A DNA stretch of 52,673 nt from Candidatus Woesearchaeota archaeon (GTDB lineage Archaea; Nanobdellota; Nanobdellia; Pacearchaeales; GW2011-AR1). The translations under genes were made by a program, and so were the position numbers. The notes beneath the pieces are model-generated. The model made no database searches. It worked only from the letters and a program-made list of their open reading frames with translations, and was not told the origin of the DNA. The first letter of the stretch is position 1. Each line of letters opens with the position of its first letter. Shown here in pieces: positions 17,033 through 25,351 of the stretch. The DNA is taken from the NCBI GenBank assembly GCA_964444095.1, contig CAYUEW010000001.1, positions 1 to 52,673 of the forward strand, read 5' to 3'.

Positions 17033-17383
17033 ATGCAGAATAAAAGAGGGCAGGGGTTGAGTACTAATGCAATTATACTTATTGTTCTAGGAGTTGTAAT
17101 CTTGGTTGTGATGATAGTCGGATTTACTATGGGTTGGTCTAATATTGCACCGTGGATATCAAATGAAAATGTTGATACAATTGTTACTCAATGTCAAACA
17201 GCTTGTTCGACGATGAGCGTGTATGATTTCTGTACTAAAAAAAGAGAATTAACTGCAAGCGGTTTGCCTGAGGGTGAAAAGAGTGTTACTGAAGATTGTC
17301 AATTCTTTGCCGATACAGCAGGATATGAAAGTTATGGGATAGCAAAATGTCCTAGTTTAACTTGTCCTACAATAGTAAGTTAA
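17033..17383 (+). CDS. Small pilin with a canonical archaeal class III signal (MQNKRG|QGLSTNAIILIVLGVVILVV...); candidate major pilin
   Basis: KRGQ motif plus a hydrophobic helix. 116 aa with 8 Cys in the globular part. It has its own TATA-like box (gttttataaata) about 25 nt upstream. Confidence 0.6.
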   Translation: MQNKRGQGLSTNAIILIVLGVVILVVMIVGFTMGWSNIAPWISNENVDTIVTQCQTACSTMSVYDFCTKKRELTASGLPEGEKSVTEDCQFFADTAGYESYGIAKCPSLTCPTIVS

Positions 17384-17409
17384 TTAAATTAATTTCTTGT
17401 GTGTTGTTT

Positions 17410-17532
17410 ATGGATTATGCATTTTCTCAAAAAAGAAATAAAGGTAAAAGTAAAAAAAAGGAAAAGAAAAAACATCCATATAAAAAAGGTGGAAGTGCGA
17501 GGGTGAGATTGCCAAAAGAAAAATCAAAATAG
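17410..17532 (+). CDS. Possible small, very basic ORF (40 aa; MDYAFSQKRNKGKSKKKEKKKHPYKKGGSARVRLPKEKSK)
   Basis: ATG-to-TAG ORF in the 179-nt gap between the pilin and peptidase genes. It is A-rich and low-complexity, so it may be fortuitous. Confidence 0.15.
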   Translation: MDYAFSQKRNKGKSKKKEKKKHPYKKGGSARVRLPKEKSK

Positions 17533-17562
17533 TTTTATAAATTCCTTTTTCTAATTCTTATT

Positions 17563-18408
17563 ATGTTTGAGGTGATTTTTTTATGGGGTTTGGCTTTAGT
17601 TTGGATTATATTCGCAACAATTCAAGATTGGAAAAGTAGGGAGATTGCTAATTGGCTTAGTTTTTCTTTGATAGTTTTTGCATTGGGATTTAGATTTTTT
17701 TATTCATTGTTTATGGGGGGTAATTTTTCATTTTTTTATCAGGGATTGTTTGGATTAGGAATCTTTTTTGTATTAGGAAATATTTTTTATTATGGAAAAA
17801 TTTTTGCAGGAGGTGACGCAAAATTAATGTATGCCATGGGTGCTGTGTTGCCCATTTATGGAACCATTATAGAGAATGCTCAATTTTTTCTTACATTCTT
17901 ACTTTTATTCTTTTTCGCCGGTGCTGTTTATAGTTTGATTGTTAGTGGGGGGTTAGCGATAAGGAATTTTAAAAATTTTAAAAAAGAATTTGGTAAACAA
18001 TTTAAGAAAAATAAAAAATTATTTTATCTTACTTTGTGTGCTGGTTTAGGAATTATGCTTTTGGGTTTTGTTGAAGCTTCATTTTTTATGTTTGGAGTTT
18101 TGCTTTTTATTACAGCGTATTTATATATTTTTGCAAAAGCAGTTGATGAATCTTGTATGGTTAAGACGATGAATGTAAAAAAATTAACAGAAGGAGATTG
18201 GCTTTACTCTGATTTAAAATTCGGAAGGAAAAAAATCAAAGCAACATGGGACGGGCTCACAAAAAAAGATATAATTGCTATAAGAAAGAATTGTAAAAAT
18301 GTCAAAATAAAACAAGGAGTGCCTTTTACCCCTGCATTTTTGTTAAGTTTAATAATTTTATTTTTATTTTACTTATTGGATATTAATCTATGGGCTCTTT
18401 TGTTTTAA
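17563..18408 (+). CDS. A24-family prepilin/preflagellin peptidase (PibD/FlaK-like)
   Basis: Polytopic protein with the first catalytic Asp context ATIQDWKSREIANW and the second FAGGDAKLMYAMG (GxGD-type). Confidence 0.8.
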   Translation: MFEVIFLWGLALVWIIFATIQDWKSREIANWLSFSLIVFALGFRFFYSLFMGGNFSFFYQGLFGLGIFFVLGNIFYYGKIFAGGDAKLMYAMGAVLPIYGTIIENAQFFLTFLLLFFFAGAVYSLIVSGGLAIRNFKNFKKEFGKQFKKNKKLFYLTLCAGLGIMLLGFVEASFFMFGVLLFITAYLYIFAKAVDESCMVKTMNVKKLTEGDWLYSDLKFGRKKIKATWDGLTKKDIIAIRKNCKNVKIKQGVPFTPAFLLSLIILFLFYLLDINLWALLF

Positions 18409-18998
18409 GGAATCCTTTTTGGAAGCCAGAGCTTTTCTTTAATTTTTTTTAACATTGGTTTTTCTATTGGTTTTTTTGGTTCTGCTAAAATTTTTTTTAA
18501 AGAAGCTTCAAGTTCTTCTGATGAAGCTTTATGTCTCTCTGATTCTAAAGTTTCATTTTTGTAAACAGGAATAAGATTTATTATTCGATGTCCAAACAAA
18601 CTGGAAGGGGTAACTAAAACATCCTTGGGGTTTAATTTAGATTTTAATAACTTGGAAATTTCTTTTGCTAAGTCTGTTGCTGATTGGGGAATTTCTTCAG
18701 AATGTTTTTTTGGGAGAATTAAAACATGCCCTTCAGAAATAGGATTAATTTCAAGAATGGCAATTGCATCTTTGTTTTTTCCAACATTATAAGAGCTTGC
18801 TTCTCCAGAAATAATAGAGCAGAAAATACATTGTTGATCCTGCATGATGTTATTTTGTTTTAGAAATTCTTCTAATTGTGCTGCGTTCATAGCAGTAATC
18901 TGTTGTTTTGCAGATTCTTTTTTGTCTTCGGGAAAAGTTGTTTCTATTTGTTTTACTATTTGTTCTTTGATTTGGGTAATCTGTTCTGTAGGTAGCAT
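18405..18998 (-). CDS. HIT-superfamily protein with an N-terminal extension and a degenerate histidine triad
   Basis: CIFCSIISGE and SEGHVLILPKKH HIT-fold blocks. The triad position reads GHRIINLIP instead of HxHxHxx. Confidence 0.6.
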   Translation of the reverse strand: MLPTEQITQIKEQIVKQIETTFPEDKKESAKQQITAMNAAQLEEFLKQNNIMQDQQCIFCSIISGEASSYNVGKNKDAIAILEINPISEGHVLILPKKHSEEIPQSATDLAKEISKLLKSKLNPKDVLVTPSSLFGHRIINLIPVYKNETLESERHKASSEELEASLKKILAEPKKPIEKPMLKKIKEKLWLPKRIP

Positions 18999-19029
18999 AG
19001 AATAAGTTAGAAAAAGAGATTAATAAGTT

Positions 19030-19347
19030 TTATTGATTTGCGTGGATGTATTCTACATAATCGTGAAGGCTTTTCATTTCTCCCATTATTGCATCGGGTA
19101 TAGCTATTCCTAAGACTTCCTCAAAATTAAATCCTACTTCATATGTATCTAGGCTATCTAATCCATAACCTTCTTTCAATAAAATTTCTTCCTTAATATT
19201 TTCTGGATAATAATAACATTTTCCCCTTTCTTCTAAAGAAAGATGTTTTCCATGTAGCATCCCTGTCCTTTGGATATTATCATTTAAAACTTCTGCTATT
19301 TTTTCTTTTCCTACTTCTAATATTCTCTCTTTGTTAATTGTTCCCAT
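19030..19347 (-). CDS. Acyl-carrier-protein-like domain protein
   Basis: C-terminal GYGLDSLDTYEVGFNFEEVLGIAIPD....YVEYI aligns by eye with the bacterial ACP block [25 protein letters not shown]....AIDYI, including the DSL serine. Confidence 0.5.
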   Translation of the reverse strand: MGTINKERILEVGKEKIAEVLNDNIQRTGMLHGKHLSLEERGKCYYYPENIKEEILLKEGYGLDSLDTYEVGFNFEEVLGIAIPDAIMGEMKSLHDYVEYIHANQ

Positions 19348-19397
19348 ATAATTGTATGAGATTGCTTGTTTATAAAAATAATTCTTTTAGAAAATAT

Positions 19398-19670
19398 CTA
19401 TCCAAAAGCTCTTCGCATATCTAAAACTTCTACAGAATTAACGTTTTCCATTTTCCTTAATCCTTCTTCAATGGGGTCGAGAGGCGTTTCTTCATCAATA
19501 TCAAAAGAAGTAATTACTGCTTTTAATCCAAATGCGATTGGTTCTTCATCAAAAACACATTTTCTCCCTTGATTATTTTCAATTATTGTTTTTGCAGATT
19601 CTTTGATTTGCTCTAAGTCAACTTCTGGAGAGGTTGGCATAAGTTTCAATTTGATTAGTGTTGTTCCCAT
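19398..19670 (-). CDS. ef1b: Translation elongation factor aEF-1 beta
   Basis: 90 aa. Contains LKLMPTSPEVDLEQI...EEPIAFGLKAV....VEVLDMRRAFG, typical of aEF-1beta. Confidence 0.75.
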   Translation of the reverse strand: MGTTLIKLKLMPTSPEVDLEQIKESAKTIIENNQGRKCVFDEEPIAFGLKAVITSFDIDEETPLDPIEEGLRKMENVNSVEVLDMRRAFG

Positions 19671-19711
19671 GTTTTATTTTAATAAAATGAATTTATAAGG
19701 TTTGAGGTAGA

Positions 19712-20167
19712 TTAATTGTTAATAATATCTTCTTCCTTGAACCAAAGTTTTATTTCTTTTTCTGCATTTTCTGTTGAATCTGAGGCATGTATAACTGTTT
19801 CATAACATCCAGTTAAGCTATTTACGCAACCATACTTTCTCCTTAATGTTTTAAAATCAGCTTCATCTGGATTCGTTGCACCAGCAATCTTTCTTATTTT
19901 TTCTATTGCACTTTCTCCTTGATAAACCAATGCAATTACTGCTTCATTATTATGTAATTCTCCTGTTAGGTGTTTAACAAGTTCATTGAAAAAAGGTTTT
20001 TCCTTATGAACACCATAATGTGTTTCTGCAAGTTCTTTGGGAACTTTAACCATTTTCATTGCAATTAATTTTAAACTAAGATAATCTAATTCAGAGAGAA
20101 TGTTCCCTGCAAGCCCATTAGCCATTGCATCTGGTTTGATTAAAACTAAAGTTTGTTCATCTTTCAT
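19712..20167 (-). CDS. ndk: Nucleoside diphosphate kinase
   Basis: EQTLVLIKPDA, the active-site-region block VIHASDS and EIKLWF. Confidence 0.85.
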   Translation of the reverse strand: MKDEQTLVLIKPDAMANGLAGNILSELDYLSLKLIAMKMVKVPKELAETHYGVHKEKPFFNELVKHLTGELHNNEAVIALVYQGESAIEKIRKIAGATNPDEADFKTLRRKYGCVNSLTGCYETVIHASDSTENAEKEIKLWFKEEDIINN

Positions 20168-20254
20168 ATATAATTGGGTAACAAATCTTTTTTAAATTTT
20201 TTGGAAGAATTTTGCTATAACAATACTTAAAAACATCTAGCTTTTTTTCTAGAG

Positions 20255-21199
20255 ATGGTGGATAATTATGAGAGGGTTTTAGAAAAAATTGCTCAGATTT
20301 CTAAAGTAGAAAAAGAAGAGATTGAAAGAAAGGTGGAAGCAAAGCGAGCTAAACTTTCTGGACTCATTAGTAAAGAAGGGGCCGCTCAAGTAATTGCTGC
20401 TGAGTTAGGAATTTCTTTTGATAATGAAAGATTAAAAATTGAAGAATTACTACCTGGAATGAGAAAGGTCAATCTTATTGGAAAAGTAATTAATTTATCT
20501 CTAGTAAGAACATTTACAACAAAAAAAGGAGAGGAGGGAAAAGTTGTAAATATCTTTTTAGCAGATGAGACTTCAAACATAAAAGTTGTTTTATGGGATA
20601 CAAATCATATAGCTTTAATTGAAGAAGGAAAAATTAAAGAAGGGAGCATGGTAGAGATTGCAAATGGTGCAATGAGAGATGGGGAACTGCATTTGGGTAG
20701 TTTTTCAGAGATAAAACCAAGTGGAGAAGCAATTGAAAATGTTAAGACAGAAAAAATTGTTAAAGAGAAAGATATAGCTGATTTTAAAATTTCAGATAAC
20801 GCGGGAGTAAGGGCATTTATTGTACAAGCGTTTGAACCTCGATTTTTTCATGTGTGTCCAGAATGCAAGAAGAAAGTTATACCTGAAGGGGAAGGTTTTG
20901 TTTGTGGTGTGCATGGAACAGTTAGTCCTGAAAAAAGAGCAATCCTTAATCTGGTTATTGATGATGGGACAGAATCTATTCGTGCAGTATTATTCCATGA
21001 AACTATCTCTGGGTTGGGAATTTCGGATTTAGAAAATGCGGAAAAAATGATAGAACAGAAAAAAGAATTGTTGGGCAAAGAAATGTTTTTTTTAGGGAAT
21101 GTAAGAATGAATAGTTATTTTAATAATCAGGAATTTATAATTGAAAATGTAAAAAATATAGAGGTTGGAGAACTTATTGCAAAGTTGGAAGCAAATTAG
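20255..21199 (+). CDS. rpa: Replication protein A-like ssDNA-binding protein (OB folds plus zinc ribbon)
   Basis: Helical N-terminal region, an OB-fold block (VNLIGKVI...VVNIFLADETSNIKVVLWD) and a CPECKKKV...CGVHG zinc ribbon inside the second OB region. Confidence 0.7.
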   Translation: MVDNYERVLEKIAQISKVEKEEIERKVEAKRAKLSGLISKEGAAQVIAAELGISFDNERLKIEELLPGMRKVNLIGKVINLSLVRTFTTKKGEEGKVVNIFLADETSNIKVVLWDTNHIALIEEGKIKEGSMVEIANGAMRDGELHLGSFSEIKPSGEAIENVKTEKIVKEKDIADFKISDNAGVRAFIVQAFEPRFFHVCPECKKKVIPEGEGFVCGVHGTVSPEKRAILNLVIDDGTESIRAVLFHETISGLGISDLENAEKMIEQKKELLGKEMFFLGNVRMNSYFNNQEFIIENVKNIEVGELIAKLEAN

Positions 21200-21273
21200 A
21201 TTTCTGGGTGTATATTCTATCAGATATATGTTAGGCGAATAATCTTTATAAATAGGAAGTGGTTTTGTTTTTT

Positions 21274-22284
21274 ATGGTTATTAAGAAAGCTGAGAAGAAA
21301 AAAGAGGATGAAGAAGTTTCTGATACAAAAGAAGATTCTGGAGATCCAAAATTAACTGATTTACCTGGGATTGGGCCCGCAGTTTCAGCTAAATTAGAAT
21401 CAGCAGGGGTTTATGATATGATGAGTTTGGCAGTTATGGGGCCTACAGAATTAGGGGATGCTGCAGGAGTTAGTCCAGCTGTTGCAAGAAAAGCCATTCA
21501 AGCTGCAAGGAACATGTTGGATTTGGGATTCAGTGATGGTTTAGAATACGCAAAGAAAAGAGCTAATATTTCATATATCGCAACAGGAAGTCAAAGTTTT
21601 AATGAACTCTTGGGGGGAAAGGGTGTTCAGAGTAGAGCAGTAACAGAAGCGTTCGGTGCTTATGGTTCTGGTAAAACTCAACTGGGTTCTACATTAGCTG
21701 TTAATGTGCAACTTCCTACAGAACAAGGGGGAGCAAATGGTAAGTGTGTTTTTATTGATACAGAAGGAACTTTTAGACCGGCAAGAATAAGACAAATCGC
21801 GGAAAACTTGGGAGCGAATCCTGAAAAGGTTTTGAAAAATATTTTTGTTGCAAGAGCATTTAATTCAGACCACCAAATTTTATTATTGGAAAAAATTTCA
21901 GAAATGATTAAAGCAGGTGAGCCGATTAAGTTATTGATAGTTGATTCTTTGACGGCGCATTTTAGGGCAGAATTTGCTGGGCGAGGACAACTTGCAGATA
22001 GACAACAAAAGTTGAATAGATATATGCACAATTTAATGAAACTTGCAGAACAACATAATCTTGCAGTTTACGTAACCAATCAAGTGATGGCGAATCCTGC
22101 ACAGATGTTTGGTGATCCCACAACAGCAATTGGGGGGCACATAGTAGGACATGCATCAACTTATAGAATTTATTTGCGAAGAGGGAAGAAGGATTCTCGA
22201 GTTGCAAAATTAGTTGACAGTCCTGATTTGCCAGACAATGAAGCTATATTCTTTTTGAGTGACGCTGGTGTTATCGACGAGTAA
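21274..22284 (+). CDS. radA: DNA repair and recombination protein RadA
   Basis: N-terminal HhH (LTDLPGIGPAVSAKLESAG), Walker A GAYGSGKTQ and Walker B LLIVDSLTAHFR. A TATA-like ctttataaata lies about 20 nt upstream of the ATG at 21274. Confidence 0.9.
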   Translation: MVIKKAEKKKEDEEVSDTKEDSGDPKLTDLPGIGPAVSAKLESAGVYDMMSLAVMGPTELGDAAGVSPAVARKAIQAARNMLDLGFSDGLEYAKKRANISYIATGSQSFNELLGGKGVQSRAVTEAFGAYGSGKTQLGSTLAVNVQLPTEQGGANGKCVFIDTEGTFRPARIRQIAENLGANPEKVLKNIFVARAFNSDHQILLLEKISEMIKAGEPIKLLIVDSLTAHFRAEFAGRGQLADRQQKLNRYMHNLMKLAEQHNLAVYVTNQVMANPAQMFGDPTTAIGGHIVGHASTYRIYLRRGKKDSRVAKLVDSPDLPDNEAIFFLSDAGVIDE

Positions 22285-22405
22285 ATTACTTTTTTTACTT
22301 TTGTAATCCTTTTGATTGTAACCTTAAATTTATGAAAAAAAGAAAAAGATTTATAAACAATAAATTTTTATATCTAACATAGTTAGTTTAGCTATATAAA
22401 AAAAG

Positions 22406-24106
22406 ATGGTTGATAAGATTAGTAAAAAAACATTAATGAATGTATTCTTTGCAGTAACTTTAATATTACTTTTTGCAGTGTTTGTTTTTGCTACAACTGC
22501 TTTTTCAGCAAGTGTGGTAACTCGTGGAAATTATTCTGGGAGTATTTTTTTGAATGCTTCAACAACTCTTAATACAACATTAAATGATTATAATGCAACA
22601 TATTTTTATAATGCAAGTGGGGGTGCGACAGGCAGTAGCATGACTCTAGGTAATAATTTAACAAGGACACTTGGAAATGAATCTTCAACAGATAATGATT
22701 TTAATGTTACTATTGATATAACTTCATTAGGATTAGTTGATGCAATTATATATAATATATCTTGTTATGTTGATAATGGAACTAATCAGGAGTTTACTTC
22801 CGTTATCAATGTGACTTTTGATCAAACTCCTCCAAGCGTGAACTTTACAGATACAACTTCTTCAGTGGTAAATAATGGGAATTATACTTCTGCAGAATTA
22901 GGAACAATCAATATTAATATTAGTGCTTTAGATGTAATTGATAGACTTAAGGTAATTAATGGTTCTGGTTCTGTTTATATAAATGTTACTTATTTAAATG
23001 GAACATATGCCCCAATAGATAATTGGACGAGAGCATTAAATCTTTCTACAACAAACATATTTTTTAATACAAGTGTAAATGTTACTGATTATCCTGACGG
23101 GAAATATAACATCACTGTTTGGGCAAATGATACAATGAGTGATACTTTGCTTGCAACCCAGAATGTGAATAGTTCAGAGCACATTCAAATTACTATTGAT
23201 GACACTGCACCTAGTTCGGTTACTTTAACTCAATTAACATCTAATACTACAACAACCCAAAATGGCATAACTATTACTGCAGTAGATGTGACTAGCGGAA
23301 TTAATAATTGTATAATTGATGGGTTAGCAGGAGACACAATAACTGGAACGGGAAGTGGAGCCCAAACATTAATTCATGCTGGATTAAATTGTGGAACATC
23401 CTACTCTTATACTGTGACTTGTTATGATCAAGCAGGAAATGGATTATCTTCTTCTTCAACAAGTTTTTCTACAACTACTTGTGGGAGTTCATCTAGTGGA
23501 GGAAGTAGCACCACTACAACAACATCAACACTTGAAAAAGTTAATGTGATGAGCATAAGTTCTGGGAAGGAGGCAACAATTTCTAATTTTGCTGAAGAAA
23601 TGGGAGTAAAACAAATAAGAATTCAGGTAAGAGAAGAATCAAATAATGTAAGAGTTACTGTTAGGAAATTTGATAGTGAACCTGCAGAAATTACCACGTC
23701 AAAAACAGGGAATGTTCATAGATATTTTCAAGTTGAAACAGAGAATTTAGGTAATAAATTAGAAAGAGCAGTTCTTACAATTAGAGTACAGAAGAATTGG
23801 TTATTAGATAATACAATAGATAAAGCAAATATTGCTTTGTTTAGGTTTGATGAATCTGCAGGGACTTGGAATGAATTATCTACAGTATATACTGAAGAAG
23901 ATGAAGATTATTATTACTATGATGTTGAATTAGAATCATTTAGTTACTTCGCAATTAGTGAAAAAGCATTAGTCGGAGAAGAGGAAGAAGAAACTTCAGG
24001 AGGTTCTTTCTGGGATGCTCTTCCTTTGTGGTTATGGATTGTAATTGGAGTAGTAATCTTGGGCGCAGTAATTGGTGGTGGGGTTGCTACTAAAAAAAGA
24101 AGATAA
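22406..24106 (+). CDS. Cell-surface glycoprotein candidate with a C-terminal TM anchor
   Basis: N-terminal signal/anchor and a very high density of N-x-S/T sequons. Also a Ser/Thr-rich linker, a C-terminal beta-rich domain resembling the PGF-pre-PGF type, then LWLWIVIGVVILGAVIGGGV-ATKKRR. Confidence 0.6.
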   Translation: MVDKISKKTLMNVFFAVTLILLFAVFVFATTAFSASVVTRGNYSGSIFLNASTTLNTTLNDYNATYFYNASGGATGSSMTLGNNLTRTLGNESSTDNDFNVTIDITSLGLVDAIIYNISCYVDNGTNQEFTSVINVTFDQTPPSVNFTDTTSSVVNNGNYTSAELGTININISALDVIDRLKVINGSGSVYINVTYLNGTYAPIDNWTRALNLSTTNIFFNTSVNVTDYPDGKYNITVWANDTMSDTLLATQNVNSSEHIQITIDDTAPSSVTLTQLTSNTTTTQNGITITAVDVTSGINNCIIDGLAGDTITGTGSGAQTLIHAGLNCGTSYSYTVTCYDQAGNGLSSSSTSFSTTTCGSSSSGGSSTTTTTSTLEKVNVMSISSGKEATISNFAEEMGVKQIRIQVREESNNVRVTVRKFDSEPAEITTSKTGNVHRYFQVETENLGNKLERAVLTIRVQKNWLLDNTIDKANIALFRFDESAGTWNELSTVYTEEDEDYYYYDVELESFSYFAISEKALVGEEEEETSGGSFWDALPLWLWIVIGVVILGAVIGGGVATKKRR

Positions 24107-24136
24107 GTTTTTAACTTCTTATAATTTTTAATTTGT

Positions 24137-25351
24137 ATGGATACTAATTGGTTTATAGGAGATTTTCATATTCATTCTCGTTTTTCTAGAGCTTGTAGTC
24201 GTAATATAACTTTTGAAAATCTTGTAAAATGGGCAAAGATAAAAGGGTTGCATCTTCTTGGCACAGGAGATTTTACACATCCTATTTGGTTTTCTGAGAT
24301 TAAAGAGAAATTAGTAGAAAAAGATGGGCTTTATTATTATCAAAATTTTCCTTTTGTAATTACTGGAGAAATTTCATTAATTTATACTCAAGAGAAAGGG
24401 AGGAGAATTCATTTGGTTGTTTTAGTTCCTAATATTGAAATTGCAGAAAAAATTAATTCTTATTTTGATACTAAAGGTAGAAGAGATTATGATGGGAGAC
24501 CTATTTTTAAAATTCCAGGCGATGAATTTGTTAGAGATATGATGAATATTTCTAAAGATATAGAGATAATTCCTGCACACATTTGGACACCTTGGTTTGG
24601 TTTGTTTGGAAGTATGTCTGGGTTTGATAGTTTGAAAGAATGCTTTAAAGATCAAATTGAAAATATTCATGCGATTGAAACAGGAATTTCTTCAGATCCA
24701 GAAATGAACTGGAGAATTCAAGAATTAGAAGACAAAGCGATTGTGAGTTTTTCTGATGCACATAGTTTCTGGCCATTTCGATTGGGAAGGGAAGCAACTA
24801 TCTTTAAGAAAACAGATTCTTATCAAGGAATTATAGACCAAATAAGAAATAAAACTTTTCTTGCTACAATTGAAACAGACCCTGCTTATGGGAAATATCA
24901 TTGGGATGGGCATAGGAATTGTAATTTTTCTTGCGAACCTAGCAAAACTCGAGAGTTAGCAGGGGTTTGCCCCATTTGTCAAAAAAAGTTGATTGTGGGC
25001 GTGGAAAACAGGGTAGAACAACTTGCTACTAATGTGGTGGGAGTTAAACCAGAAAATGCAAAACCTTTTTTTAAAATTCTACCCCTACATGAATTAATAG
25101 CATTAGCTCTTTCTAGTGGGATGCAAAGCAAAAAGGTTTGGACAATATATGATTCCCTTATTGAATTATTTAAAACAGAGTTTAATATTCTCTTGGATGT
25201 TTCAGAAGAAGAATTGCATAAAAATAATGTAGATGCGAAATTAATCGAATTAATTTTGAGAAATAGAGCACAAAAAATTAAAGTTAAACCGGGATATGAT
25301 GGGGTTTATGGAGAAGCTTTGTTTAAAGAAACGCAAGCCACTTTAATTTAA
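24137..25351 (+). CDS. endoQ: Endonuclease Q-like PHP-domain nuclease
   Basis: N-terminal GDFHIHSRFSRA PHP motif, additional His/Asp blocks (HLLGTGDFTHP, SDAHS) and a C-terminal CNFSC...CPICQ zinc finger. About 400 aa. Confidence 0.65.
   Translation: MDTNWFIGDFHIHSRFSRACSRNITFENLVKWAKIKGLHLLGTGDFTHPIWFSEIKEKLVEKDGLYYYQNFPFVITGEISLIYTQEKGRRIHLVVLVPNIEIAEKINSYFDTKGRRDYDGRPIFKIPGDEFVRDMMNISKDIEIIPAHIWTPWFGLFGSMSGFDSLKECFKDQIENIHAIETGISSDPEMNWRIQELEDKAIVSFSDAHSFWPFRLGREATIFKKTDSYQGIIDQIRNKTFLATIETDPAYGKYHWDGHRNCNFSCEPSKTRELAGVCPICQKKLIVGVENRVEQLATNVVGVKPENAKPFFKILPLHELIALALSSGMQSKKVWTIYDSLIELFKTEFNILLDVSEEELHKNNVDAKLIELILRNRAQKIKVKPGYDGVYGEALFKETQATLI

Noticed and set aside
17410-17532. 40-aa lysine-rich ORF as a ribosomal-protein-like gene
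   Set aside because: It has no match to any small ribosomal protein I know (not L41e, L40e or L39e-like). The A-rich sequence easily yields Lys codons by chance. I kept it only as a very low-confidence feature.
22332-22379. 15-codon ORF (MKKRKRFINNKFLYLT) upstream of the surface glycoprotein gene
   Set aside because: It is too short, overlaps the TATA-like promoter region of 22406 and shows no supporting signal.
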